DNA of 39,603 nucleotides from Parcubacteria group bacterium LiPW_15 (GTDB lineage Bacteria > Patescibacteriota > Minisyncoccia > UBA6257 > 2-01-FULL-56-20): positions 1 through 39,603 of the forward strand of contig VMER01000004.1 in the NCBI GenBank assembly GCA_007375645.1, read 5' to 3'. The notes below the pieces were generated by a model. The model was not told where the DNA came from. It did no database searches and worked only from the letters and a program-made list of their open reading frames with translations. The translations under genes and the position numbers were made by a program. Below are positions 22,601 to 31,280 of the stretch, piece by piece; within the stretch, counting starts at the first letter, position 1; each line of letters begins with the position of its first letter.

Positions 22601-23561
22601 TGGCCACGCCAGCCACATAGTATTTACGAAAGTCCGATTTACCCAAAACATAGTCGGCCGCGGAATCCACCAATTGATTTGAAGAATTAAGATTATAAAC
22701 CAGCACCCTGTATCTATCGGAGACGAATAAACGGTGATTAACTGAATCGATAGCCGCATACCGAGCGTCTAAGAAACCTAAGTTATTAGGAGCATTATTC
22801 GGTGATCGATCGGTATAGGAAGGATTCCCGCTGTCGTCCAACTGCCCTAACAGGCCGTAGGCGTTGTAGTCGGAGCTCTGATAGATCACAAAACTTTGGT
22901 CGCCAGAAATTCCTCCGCCAGGAGCCGGAGTGGAAATATAAACATAGGATGTGCCGGCGCTCGCGATATTTGCGGCCGGGACGGAAGCGGTGAGAACGGT
23001 GGTTGAAGCATAGGTCGTGGTAAGCGGCGAACCGCCCCAGTAGATAACGGAGGAGGGCAGAAAATTAGTTCCGTTAACCGTAAGAGTGAAAGCACTGCCT
23101 CCGGCCAGCGCGGAACTTGGAGAAATGCAAGTGAGCGTCGGCGCAGGAGAGGAAGAGCTATGACAAATGCTTGCCTCAGAGATTGTATAGGTGGAAGAAG
23201 CCGTGGTCTGGGTTATCGTCACGCTCGCGGCAGCGGCGTCGCTACAGGCGGAACTTGTAAAAGTGCTTCCACTACCGCTGGTCAAAGAAACGGAAAAATC
23301 TGAAGATGTGGCATTGATGGTAAAAACATCGCCCGTGGCCAAGGTTACCACCACGGTTGAACTGCCAACCGTCAAAGCATCCGCAGTTGACCCTGGCTGG
23401 ATGACAAAATATGTGTCCGGAGTAGACAGATAAAGTGAGGTTGCAGAGGAATAGGTGAGGGTAGAGGCGGAAGCCGTGTTTACGAGAGAAAAAAGAAGGC
23501 CGAAGGCGACCAATAAAAAGAGACCAAAGGCTGTATTTACAATTCCCCTATTGAGACTCAT
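19623..23561 (-). CDS. Large secreted surface protein: IPT/TIG domain, NHL-like repeat propeller, Ig domain and two peptidoglycan-binding domains
   Basis: Signal peptide, 'FTLTVNGTNF', about 12 repeats of 'P..LAYDS...RLFV.D..N.RVLIF...A.FVLGQ..F', 'PPGL...LSGTPT.AG', and two copies of 'DV.ALQELL.KLGFY.GPITGNFYSLTQ.AV..FQK'. Confidence 0.85.
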   Translation of the reverse strand: MSLNRGIVNTAFGLFLLVAFGLLFSLVNTASASTLTYSSATSLYLSTPDTYFVIQPGSTADALTVGSSTVVVTLATGDVFTINATSSDFSVSLTSGSGSTFTSSACSDAAAASVTITQTTASSTYTISEASICHSSSSPAPTLTCISPSSALAGGSAFTLTVNGTNFLPSSVIYWGGSPLTTTYASTTVLTASVPAANIASAGTSYVYISTPAPGGGISGDQSFVIYQSSDYNAYGLLGQLDDSGNPSYTDRSPNNAPNNLGFLDARYAAIDSVNHRLFVSDRYRVLVYNLNSSNQLVDSAADYVLGKSDFRKYYVAGVANNNLLGPTDLAYDSVGNRLFVVDQDNNRVLVFDLSTITNGMSASFVLGQANFTSSAAATTQIGMSSPEGLAYDSVGNRLFVGDKDNNRVLIFNTATITNGMSASFVLGQTGFTSSTATTTQGGVSAPTGLEYDSEYDRLFVGDKDNNRVLIFDVATGTVTNGKNASFVLGQINFTSSTQATTQASMKNPSGVSYDTANDRLFVYDAVNFRTLIFDVATGTVTNGKNASFVLGQANFTSGTYPASTWPSQNKFSNGNDGFGSSFGYIGTLMFNPAENKLFASDPDNQRFLIFSVATGTVSNGMNASGVLGQYDGNGNPDYIKNLPFGAPSANGLSAGADGRDSYTFPNRYGTALDLAGQRLFAADFDNNRVLVFNLDASGNPVDYEADYVLGQDNLYSRATTTRAQNRMRKPSDVAFDPVGNRLFVADYFNSRVLIFDTSSLASGMNASYVLGQVDFTSGVSATTQSGMIAPLALAFDSVNSRLFVGSNSSHRVTIYDVATSSISNGKNASFVLGQTTFTASNQATTQSGMSSPISLTYDSVNSRLFVGDSQYNRVTIFSVATGTVSNGMNASNVLGQTTFTASVSGRTQSRMNQLAGLAYDPTNSKLFVSDNSNQRVLVFDVAAGSVTDGQNASAVFGKADFTSSTGTTGQSGLYYTTGVSYNSTNRRLIVSDSGNNRIMFYKFFTPGSPSFPSSATMGNSYSYTLPSATDSQGTVVYSVTSGAVPPGLHFNGSTLSGTPTAAGVYSFTLEASDVGSWGSASTVAMSGTHTITVITNPGSAVMVGNAGTPSSGGGGGGSVTVTPTATTTATATPSTPPVSPATTTGIPGYSFSKNLYYGMEGSNDVVALQELLKKLGFYSGPITGNFYSLTQNAVIKFQKEHDIVPAVGYVGVLTRSVLNSAPSNGEAATPNGVSPAAKVAFLKNLYYGLENDQDVTALQELLTKLGFYTGPITGNFYSLTQKAVIAFQKAQNITPAAGYVGALTRGVLNGM

Positions 23562-23603
23562 TTGAGTTTATTATAACAGTTAAGAACAAAATAAATCCGC
23601 CGC

Positions 23604-24719
23604 CTACTGGCAAACTGCCGGCTTAGTGGTGGTAGCAGACAAGACCCCGCCGGTGGCGGTTATATAGTTTATCGTGCCGTTCCCGGCGCTATCCAGAAGC
23701 TCGATACAACCGGCGATACTCGGTCCCCCAATGCGCAAGGTCGGAGTGGTCGCTCCGGTTATCTGCAAAGCGGTTGCGGGCGTGGTCGTGCCAATACCGA
23801 TCTTCCCGGCGAAATAAGAGTTTGAAGCGGAAGAAGAATAAATCGCGTATTTCGTTGTTGTGCCGATATCTATGGAATTGTCCATATATATTCCGTAAGA
23901 AGTTCCGGCGGCTCCGGTCCAACCGGAAAGCGCAAGTCCATAGGCCCGAGTGACCACAGCCGGACTGGTCTGCCTCACTTTTATGATCGCTCCATACGCA
24001 TCGGTGATGGTGCTGTTTTGAAGCGCAACGGTATCCGCATAAACCGAATAAGCCGTACCGATTGTACCGGTGCCATAGACCAGCACTTGATCGAAGGCCC
24101 CGTAGGCTTGATGCGCATATCCCGCAACTTGAGTCTCCGCATCAACCGAGATCATATTATCCGTTTCGATACTGGTCGCCAGCAATGCTTTTCCCTGAAC
24201 CCCAACCAACGTTCCATGGCCAAACCCTCCGGATGTTTTTTGGGCCTGGCCAAATACCCCCATTAATCCATTTTCGGTCATAGCTCCGGCAAGCGAATGA
24301 TACCCGCCATATTCGGTGGCAGAGGCGCCAAAAACACTTGAGTCGGCGCCAGTTATATCTATATTTATATGCTTTGCAGCATTAGGTACTGTCCCGGCAA
24401 GGCCGATATTCCCGCTTGTCGCGATTGAAAATACCGCTGCACCGGTTGTCGGACTGACCAATACAAATGAAGTCGACGGAGTGGTGGTCCCGACGCCGAC
24501 ATTGCCGTTCAAAACGGTAAAGCCCGTTCCGGAGGGGGTTAAAATAACATTCTGGTTTGTTCCTCCGGCGGAAAGATTAAGCACGCCATTGGACACCACG
24601 CTTTGATCGGAAAACGTAAGAGCCCCATGGACCACAAAGTATCCGAGGGACAGAAACATCAGCGAGAGAACAAAGACGGCTACGGGTTTTTTATTCAGCG
24701 TTTCGGAGATTTTTCTCAT
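23604..24719 (-). CDS. Secreted/membrane-anchored beta-rich fibre-like hypothetical protein
   Basis: N-terminal TM; GNVGVGTTTP and GKIGIGTTTP motifs typical of trimeric fibre-like proteins. Confidence 0.7.
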   Translation of the reverse strand: MRKISETLNKKPVAVFVLSLMFLSLGYFVVHGALTFSDQSVVSNGVLNLSAGGTNQNVILTPSGTGFTVLNGNVGVGTTTPSTSFVLVSPTTGAAVFSIATSGNIGLAGTVPNAAKHINIDITGADSSVFGASATEYGGYHSLAGAMTENGLMGVFGQAQKTSGGFGHGTLVGVQGKALLATSIETDNMISVDAETQVAGYAHQAYGAFDQVLVYGTGTIGTAYSVYADTVALQNSTITDAYGAIIKVRQTSPAVVTRAYGLALSGWTGAAGTSYGIYMDNSIDIGTTTKYAIYSSSASNSYFAGKIGIGTTTPATALQITGATTPTLRIGGPSIAGCIELLDSAGNGTINYITATGGVLSATTTKPAVCQ

Positions 24720-24807
24720 CGGTTAATCGATTGGTTAATCTTAGTTTATTCTTGCCGCTAAATTATACAACGGACGCGTTCGAATAATCCAGACTCGTTA
24801 TTAGCCC

Positions 24808-25566
24808 CTACTTCCTTGCCGCATAAACGAATGGCTGGATACTATCAAGATTGAGCTCCAGAGATGCCGGATAAAGTATGGTAAATTCTTTGTTTTCTCC
24901 AGGGGCGAGGCTCTGTATTTCGGTTTCCGAAACTCCGGCGCGATTACCCATTGCATCGTTAAATATGGCCACGACCTTAACGGTCGCAAAAGGAACTGTG
25001 TCACGATTGACGATGCGTCCCCGATATTCGACATTGTTCCCGGAAATAGATGCTGATGGGGATTGAACAACGAGATTGGGCTTGGAGAATTTTCCCGCCT
25101 CGATCCAAACCGGATCGGTTATCTGAAATTCCGCCTTGGCCGGCACAGAACCACCCAGGTTTATGGCAGGAATATCTATATATTTTATTTCGCTCGCGTA
25201 AAGGAAGGAATCCCCGCTTAGAGTTTTTACGATCAAGCCTGCTTCGTCATAGATGTTTACCGCGTATTTAAAGCTCGTTATCGCGTAATCCGGGTTGGGA
25301 TTCTCCGGCCAAAAAAGAACGCTCCATAGTCCGTTGGTAGAAAAAAGCTGAGCTTCTCCGGAGAGAGTCAGGGGTCGAATAGTGGAAGGCAAGCAGATCT
25401 TGGCGCAAGGACCGCCGCAGTCCACGCCCGGTTCGCTCTGATTCTGTCTGTTGTCAAAACAGCTCGCCGGAGGCTTAATGAACATCAAAAAAGCCAGATA
25501 TCCGATTCCCGTGAGAATCGCTAGGTAAAAAATTCCGTAAAAAAAGTGTTTTAGGAAACGCTTCAT
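24808..25566 (-). CDS. Membrane-anchored hypothetical protein with Cys-rich motif and FxLYD-like Ig domain
   Basis: TM, SCFDNRQNQSEPGVDCGGPC..C, and C-terminal 'G.IVN...V.VVAIF.D..GN..G...I..LAPGE...F'. Confidence 0.7.
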   Translation of the reverse strand: MKRFLKHFFYGIFYLAILTGIGYLAFLMFIKPPASCFDNRQNQSEPGVDCGGPCAKICLPSTIRPLTLSGEAQLFSTNGLWSVLFWPENPNPDYAITSFKYAVNIYDEAGLIVKTLSGDSFLYASEIKYIDIPAINLGGSVPAKAEFQITDPVWIEAGKFSKPNLVVQSPSASISGNNVEYRGRIVNRDTVPFATVKVVAIFNDAMGNRAGVSETEIQSLAPGENKEFTILYPASLELNLDSIQPFVYAARK

Positions 25567-25586
25567 CCTTTAATTGTATACCAATT

Positions 25587-26294
25587 TCAGCGAAATTCCT
25601 TGCTAAAATAAATTTTGAGATATGCTCCGATATACCTAAAATTTGTTGCAAATAGGCCTTCTTTTTCAAATCGCCGAGGAGAGCTCTTTACGCTAAGTTC
25701 CGGATCAAACCGCACTTTCCCGACATGGCGCGAAAGGAGCATGGCTATGGCCACGTCGTCGCCGTAAAACTTTAAGGGCGGCAATCCCCCGATCTTTTCC
25801 AAAGCCCAATTCCAAGCGGCAAAATTGCCGCCGATTATCACCCCCGCCTTCCGCCAGAAAAGAGTTCTCAATATTTTCGGCACATTCGGCAAAAAATGTT
25901 TTGAGTAGGCCTTGTCGACAAATCTCATTATCCCCTTGAATCCGTAATCGAATGGTCCGGAAACTGCCGCCATTCCCGGCTCCGAAAGATCCGCCTCGAT
26001 CCTAGAGAGCCAATCCATGGGCGGAGTGCTGTCGGCATCTAAAAACGCTATTATCTCGCCCTCGGCAGCTTTTCGTCCGGCCTCCCGAGCGAAGTTAGTT
26101 CCGGGTTCGCGCTCAAAGATAACTTTGTCCGCCTTATTCGCTCTGGCAATCTCTCCGGTTCTGTCTTTGGAATTATTGTCCACCACAATAATTTCGTAAT
26201 CTCTCCGCGGAGTGCCCAAGCGGCGCAAAGAACCGAGCGTCTTCGCGATAACCTCTTCTTCGTTGTAGGCGGGGATGACTATGGAAAATCGCAT
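25587..26294 (-). CDS. Glycosyltransferase family 2
   Basis: MRFSIVIPAYNEE, IIVVDNNSKD, AR..G, FLDAD; start set at ATG 26294. Confidence 0.92.
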   Translation of the reverse strand: MRFSIVIPAYNEEEVIAKTLGSLRRLGTPRRDYEIIVVDNNSKDRTGEIARANKADKVIFEREPGTNFAREAGRKAAEGEIIAFLDADSTPPMDWLSRIEADLSEPGMAAVSGPFDYGFKGIMRFVDKAYSKHFLPNVPKILRTLFWRKAGVIIGGNFAAWNWALEKIGGLPPLKFYGDDVAIAMLLSRHVGKVRFDPELSVKSSPRRFEKEGLFATNFRYIGAYLKIYFSKEFR

Positions 26295-26410
26295 CCCATT
26301 AGAAGCAGATCGCAATCAAGCGACTTGCATAATTAGCGACTTTTTTATTGTTTATTTTAATTCCCATGTTTTTTATGAAAAGCTGAACGCGATTGCGGCT
26401 TCTAACGGGA
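26294..26410. repeat. MITE/REP-like element with terminal inverted repeats
   Basis: TCCCATTAGAAGC (26294-26306) vs GCTTCTAACGGGA (26398-26410), one mismatch; inner CGCAATC/GATTGCG; AT-rich core. Confidence 0.6.
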
Positions 26411-26417
26411 CACGTTT

Positions 26418-27041
26418 TTATACCAGTTCTTTATCTTTGTGACTCTTTCGCCATTTTCGAAGCTGTCTTACAAAATAGAAAACCAAGAGAGCCGCAAGAA
26501 TAATGTAAATTATCCGGCTCGTTCCTCCGATCTTGTCCGCAAACGTCTGCCAGTACGGACCCATAAGTTTTCCGGCGATTACATATCCTCCGCTCCAGGT
26601 GACAGCAGAGAGAAAAACCATGGTAAGAAATATCTTTGGCTTGAGCTGCAGGAAACCCGCAGCGATCGAAGCATAACCCCTGAGGTACGGGATAAGGCGC
26701 CCCAAATATATCCCCCACCAATCTTTTTTTGAAATAAAATTGCTCAAGCGCTCGATATGCTCTTTATGGATCGGTATCCAGCGCGGTTTCTTGGCGATGA
26801 TGGTTTTACCGAAGAAATAGAAAACAAAATAAAGCAGGGTAGTGCCGATAAAATCACCGGCCACCGCGGAAAGGAAAACTAGCGGAAAACTTAGGGTTCC
26901 GGTGGAAGCCAAGAAGCCCGAAAACAAAAGTACGAGCTCGTTCGGCACCGGGTTCGGAATGCCTATTTCCTGCAAGAAAACTAGGGAAAAAATAGCCAAA
27001 TATCCATAGGAAGAAATGTAGCCGGCAAGTTCAGGAGGCAT
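26418..27041 (-). CDS. DedA family membrane protein
   Basis: GY.AIF..VFLQE.GIP.P.P.E..L..SGFL, GR.IPY.R....AG pattern. Confidence 0.9.
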   Translation of the reverse strand: MPPELAGYISSYGYLAIFSLVFLQEIGIPNPVPNELVLLFSGFLASTGTLSFPLVFLSAVAGDFIGTTLLYFVFYFFGKTIIAKKPRWIPIHKEHIERLSNFISKKDWWGIYLGRLIPYLRGYASIAAGFLQLKPKIFLTMVFLSAVTWSGGYVIAGKLMGPYWQTFADKIGGTSRIIYIILAALLVFYFVRQLRKWRKSHKDKELV

Positions 27042-27064
27042 AGCTAATTATAACATCGCCAGCG

Positions 27065-27883
27065 CTAAACCTCGGGTTCGAGTTCCAAGAGTATCGGATC
27101 GTGATCGGAAAGTTCCGGCTTCAAGTGTTGAGGCCCGTATTGAACGGCCCTCATTCCGATCTTTTTAAGATCCTTTACCAAGATATAATCGAACCGTTTG
27201 GGAACTACTGTCCGGTTGATCCAGTTATCCACATAAGGATTTTCCGGACGATAGCTCGGCATCTCATTGCTCGCGTGTCCGTTATGGAACGGATGGCGGA
27301 ATCCCGAGGACTCGAAAAGTATGGAAAAATCCTGCTGGTTTTGAAGAGCGTGCTCGTTAAAATCTCCGGTCAGAATAGTGGGCATATCTTTTTCGCCGGA
27401 CAGAAGACCGAACATCTTGGCCAGCTGGCTCAGGCGTACCGTGCGATCGAAAAACGGGGTTTCTTCGTGAAGGTGGGTGTTTAAAACCCTGATCTCTCCC
27501 GCCGGAGTTTTAAGGATGACTTCCAAAAATCCTTTACGGGCCACTATTTCTCCGAAGGCGGAATTGAATATGCGGCTGTAAGAAACGAAATTGCTCCTGA
27601 TTATCGGGAATTTGGAAAAGACTACCAATCCCCCGCTCATGTCGAAAAGTTTAAAAAAAAGTAAACGCCGGGTCTCCTCGGTATCGCCGGCCATATAATA
27701 ACTATCCGTGAGCGTGTCTTTTAAAAAAAGACGGTTTTTTATATCGAAGGATTCCTGAATACAAATGATGTCCGCATCGGATTTTTTCAGATATTCCGCC
27801 GTTCTCTTGATCCGCTCTTTGCGGTTTTTCACAAAGAATAACGGCAGATCCCAGATATTAAAGCTGATGACTTTAAGTTTCAT
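27065..27883 (-). CDS. Endonuclease/exonuclease/phosphatase (EEP) family protein, sphingomyelinase-like
   Basis: SFNI, DIICIQE, SGGL..FSKFPI, NTHL, GDFN, DYI and SDH.P motifs. Confidence 0.9.
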   Translation of the reverse strand: MKLKVISFNIWDLPLFFVKNRKERIKRTAEYLKKSDADIICIQESFDIKNRLFLKDTLTDSYYMAGDTEETRRLLFFKLFDMSGGLVVFSKFPIIRSNFVSYSRIFNSAFGEIVARKGFLEVILKTPAGEIRVLNTHLHEETPFFDRTVRLSQLAKMFGLLSGEKDMPTILTGDFNEHALQNQQDFSILFESSGFRHPFHNGHASNEMPSYRPENPYVDNWINRTVVPKRFDYILVKDLKKIGMRAVQYGPQHLKPELSDHDPILLELEPEV

Positions 27884-27926
27884 ATTTTAAGCTCTCCACA
27901 AAGTTTACCGCTTTGCCGATAAAATT

Positions 27927-27962
27927 AAAAAGGCCTCCGGAGCCCTGTTTTCCGGAGGCTTT
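27927..27962 (-). terminator. Rho-independent terminator
   Basis: GCCTCCGGA / TCCGGAGGC stem with an A-run on + (U-run on -), just after the 27984 stop. Confidence 0.7.
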
Positions 27963-27983
27963 ACTGACTCGCAGAACCCCTGC

Positions 27984-28265
27984 CTATTCTCGCCGACCCA
28001 GTCTCTTCCGCCGGATCCTCGCACCGCTTGCTCGATCCAACTTTTTGGGATTGATCTTCGACGGCCTGGGCATAAAAGGCTCGAGGTGTTTGTGCCCGCA
28101 ATCGTAAAGCTTGCTGCAGTTACATCCTCCGCCCACGGAGCTTGACGCCACGTATTCTTGGACGCGCCGCTTGAAATCCTGTTCGTCTTTCTCTTTGCGC
28201 GGCGCAACGACCGACGCCCTGTATGCGTTGAATTTGATACCTCGCAATTTACGCGCTGACGGCAC
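27984..28265 (-). CDS. Small, highly basic hypothetical protein with CxC-x5-CxH
   Basis: AAGGAGG (28277-28271) lies 5 nt before GTG 28265; terminator downstream; alternative ATG at 28283. Confidence 0.55.
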   Translation of the reverse strand: MPSARKLRGIKFNAYRASVVAPRKEKDEQDFKRRVQEYVASSSVGGGCNCSKLYDCGHKHLEPFMPRPSKINPKKLDRASGARIRRKRLGRRE

Positions 28266-28507
28266 ACGTGCCTCCTTTCTCATCTTTCATAATTGAAATG
28301 CCAGTTCCAAGATTAAACCATCGTCTTAATCAAAACAAGTGCAACAAAAAAGCGGGTCCTTACTGCGCCGAGCGAGGAGCAGAATATATTCCAAGATATT
28401 CTGGCCGAGCGATGTCGGAGGAAAAAGCGCAGCCTTTTGTTTGCCGGGAACCGGCAACTGAGGACTCGATTTACTAAAATATTTAAAACAAAAAATCGGG
28501 TCCTTAG

Positions 28508-28626
28508 TTGCCGGCACATCCTACTTTCCCGAGGCCCGAAGGCCCAAGTATCATCAGATTTGGACGCTTTCACTTCTCTGTTCGGAATGGGAAGAGGTGG
28601 GACACATCCAAATAAAACACCGGCAA
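28508..28626 (-). rRNA. rrf: 5S rRNA
   Basis: Minus strand reads UUGCCGGUG...CCCACCUCUUCCCAUUCCGAACAGAGAAGUGAAA...GAUGAUACU...GGGAAAGUAGG...GCCGGCAA. Confidence 0.95.
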
Positions 28627-29082
28627 CTAAAGACCCGATTCCGGGTCTTTGCTCCGACATCGCTCGGCCGTAGCGCAATTTGTATTTGCGTTACGCTCCT
28701 TCGCTCGTCGTAGTAAGAACTCCGATTTCAGATTTCAGTTTAAAATTTCGAAGTATTTGCGATTAATTAAAGATTACATTTGATCAAACCAGCATTGGGA
28801 TGGCTGGCGGCTATTAGTATTCCTTGGCTAAACACATTGCTGTGCTTACACCTAGAACCTATCAACGTCGTAGTCTCCGACGAAGCCATAGCACCTAATC
28901 TTGAGGTTGGTTTCGCGCTTAGATGCTTTCAGCGCTTATCCAGTCCGAACATAGCTACCCGGCATTTCAGTTGGTACCAAAGCCGGTAGACCAGAGGTTC
29001 GTTCATCCCGGTCCTCTCGTACTAGGGACAACTCCTCTCAAGTGCGAACGCCTGCAGCAGATAGAGCCCAACCTGTCTCACG

Positions 29083-29847
29083 CTGTTGAATTAGCCGCTA
29101 GCGACTAGTAAATAGCCACTAGGGTTCATTGTCCATCATTGCTGATGGGATCGGACTATACCATCACCCGAACATTTATGTTTTTGGGTGGTTGACGTGT
29201 TAGCAAGGCTTATGCCTCACTCTGCTCTTTGCATTTTTAGAGCAAGTCTCTACGGGGTCAATACACGTTTCTTTCTTTTTTTGGAATAATTGAGCTCCCG
29301 ATAAGAATCGATAAGCGTAAGCAGAGTCGAAAAATCTTTTTCGTTCTCAACCTTCGCTTTCAGTTCAATTATCTTAAGCATTAGTTCCAATTGTCTTTTC
29401 TTCAAAATGACGAATGGTTTTACCGACTCCAGGAACTTTTTGATGTCATCTATTTTACTGATGGCATATTCCAGGATTCCGTCTTTCCTTTCGCGCATTT
29501 TTCCGCATCCAATAAGTTCGCATACCGCTTCAAAGTTTTCCTTATCTTGGGCGGACTGAAACAACACTACGTACAGAGCGATTTGGAATCCGTACCGATA
29601 GGTAGAATTCGGTTTTGCTCTTACATAAATGCTGCCGTCCCCATCAAGGAAACCGGCGATATATGCTCTTTTATTGGACGATAAAGACTTTGATAACATG
29701 TACGACTTCCCTCGATATTATCCTAACATATGACAGGTTGAATGTCTTGTATTGTTAGGACTTCATCGATATGAGTCAACTTATGCATCCAGTTATTCCT
29801 AACTGGAGCCGCCGTGTGTTCGATGTCATTTCCTCGGGTTCATTTTG
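29083..29847 (-). mobile_element. Group I intron at 23S position 2593 (E. coli numbering), 765 nt
   Basis: Interrupts GGGUUCAAACCGU^CGUGAGACAG; 5' exon ends in U and intron ends in G; IGS CACGGCGG (29809-29816) forms P1 and P10; core elements CGUAGAGACU and GGUAUAGUCC are present. Confidence 0.93.
29250..29699 (-). CDS. Single-motif LAGLIDADG homing endonuclease, I-CreI-like
   Basis: YIAGFLDGDGSI...KPN..Y...QI.L.....Q...E.IG.G...FL....PF..LK..Q..L.LKIIE follows the I-CreI pattern along its length. Confidence 0.93.
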   Translation of the reverse strand: MLSKSLSSNKRAYIAGFLDGDGSIYVRAKPNSTYRYGFQIALYVVLFQSAQDKENFEAVCELIGCGKMRERKDGILEYAISKIDDIKKFLESVKPFVILKKRQLELMLKIIELKAKVENEKDFSTLLTLIDSYRELNYSKKRKKRVLTP

Positions 29848-31280
29848 ACGGTTTGAACCCAGCTCACGTGGCCTTTTAATTGGCGAACAGCCAAACGCTT
29901 GGGAGCTTCTCCACCCCCGCGCTAGGCCGAGCCGACATCGAGGTGCCGAGCATGATCGTCGCTGTGGACGCTCGGATCATACTAGCCTGTTATCCCCGGA
30001 GTAGCTTTTATCCGTTGTCTCCGACCGTTCTATTAAGTGTCGTCGGGTCACTAAGTTCTGCTTTCGCATCTGCTCGACTTGTAGGTCTCGCAGTTAAGCC
30101 GGCTTTTGCCTTTACGCGTCGTGCCCGGTTTCCATCCGGACTAAGCCGACCTTAATAAACTCCTCCGTTACTCTTTAGGAGGAAAACGCCCCATTTAAAC
30201 TACCCGCCAGACACTGTCCCAGTTAGGTTTACCTTTTTGGGCTTCCTAACCGGTTAGCTTTTAAAATTGTGAAGATGGCTGTTTCATTGTCGAGTCCACG
30301 CAAACCGAAATCCACGTATCAACCTCTCACCACTACGCTACGCATCAAAACTCTAAAAGCAATATCAAGCTATAGTAAAGCTTCCGGGGTCTTTTCGTCC
30401 CGCTGCAGGTATCCCGCGTCTTCACGGGAATCGCATTTTCACCGAGCTCATCGTTGAGACAGTTCTCCAGTCGTTACGCCTTTCGTGCGCTTCGGAACTT
30501 ACCCGAAAAGGAATTGCGCTACCTTAGAACGGTTATAGTTACCGCTGACATTGACGAGGGCTTCGGGCGGTACGTAACACACCTTGCGGCATGCCACATC
30601 CACCGTTAACCTTCTCGCATCGGTCAGGCGTCACCCCCTATACATCCTATTGCTAGTTAGCAGGGAGCTGTGTTTTTGGTAAACAGTCGCTAGAGATACT
30701 TTCGCTGCGGCTCCGCTTGCGCGGAGCAGGCCTTATCCCGAAGTTACGGCCGCTTTTTTGCCGAGTTCCTTAACGATGACTCACTCGTTCCCCTTAGGCT
30801 TCTCGCCTCACCCACCAGTGGCGGTTTACGGTACGGAAGCCACACTATCGCTTTACTGGGTTTTTCTCGGAAGGCTCTTCGTTCACGTCCGCCCGGTAAA
30901 AACCGAACGTTCTCCCTCTCTCGGCCGAAGCCTTCAAGCAGGAATGCCAAACCAATAAGGCACGTGAATTTATTTTCTTCGTCCCCCAGATATGATAATG
31001 CGGCTGTGCAGGAATATTAACCTGCTGTCCATCAGCTGCGGCTTTCGCCATTGCCTTAGGGCCGACTAACCCGTGGTTGATTGCCAGTGCCACGGAAACC
31101 TTGGATTTGCGGGGTCTCAATTTCTCATTGGGATTGTGGTTACTCATTCCAACATTCTCTCTTCTTGGCGCTCCACGGGTCCTCGCGGATCCCGCTTCGC
31201 AGCAGCCAAGAATGCTCTCCTACCACTTGCGGACTTGATTGAGGAGGCGAGTTTGGTACTCGCCGGAAACCTGAAAGGCG

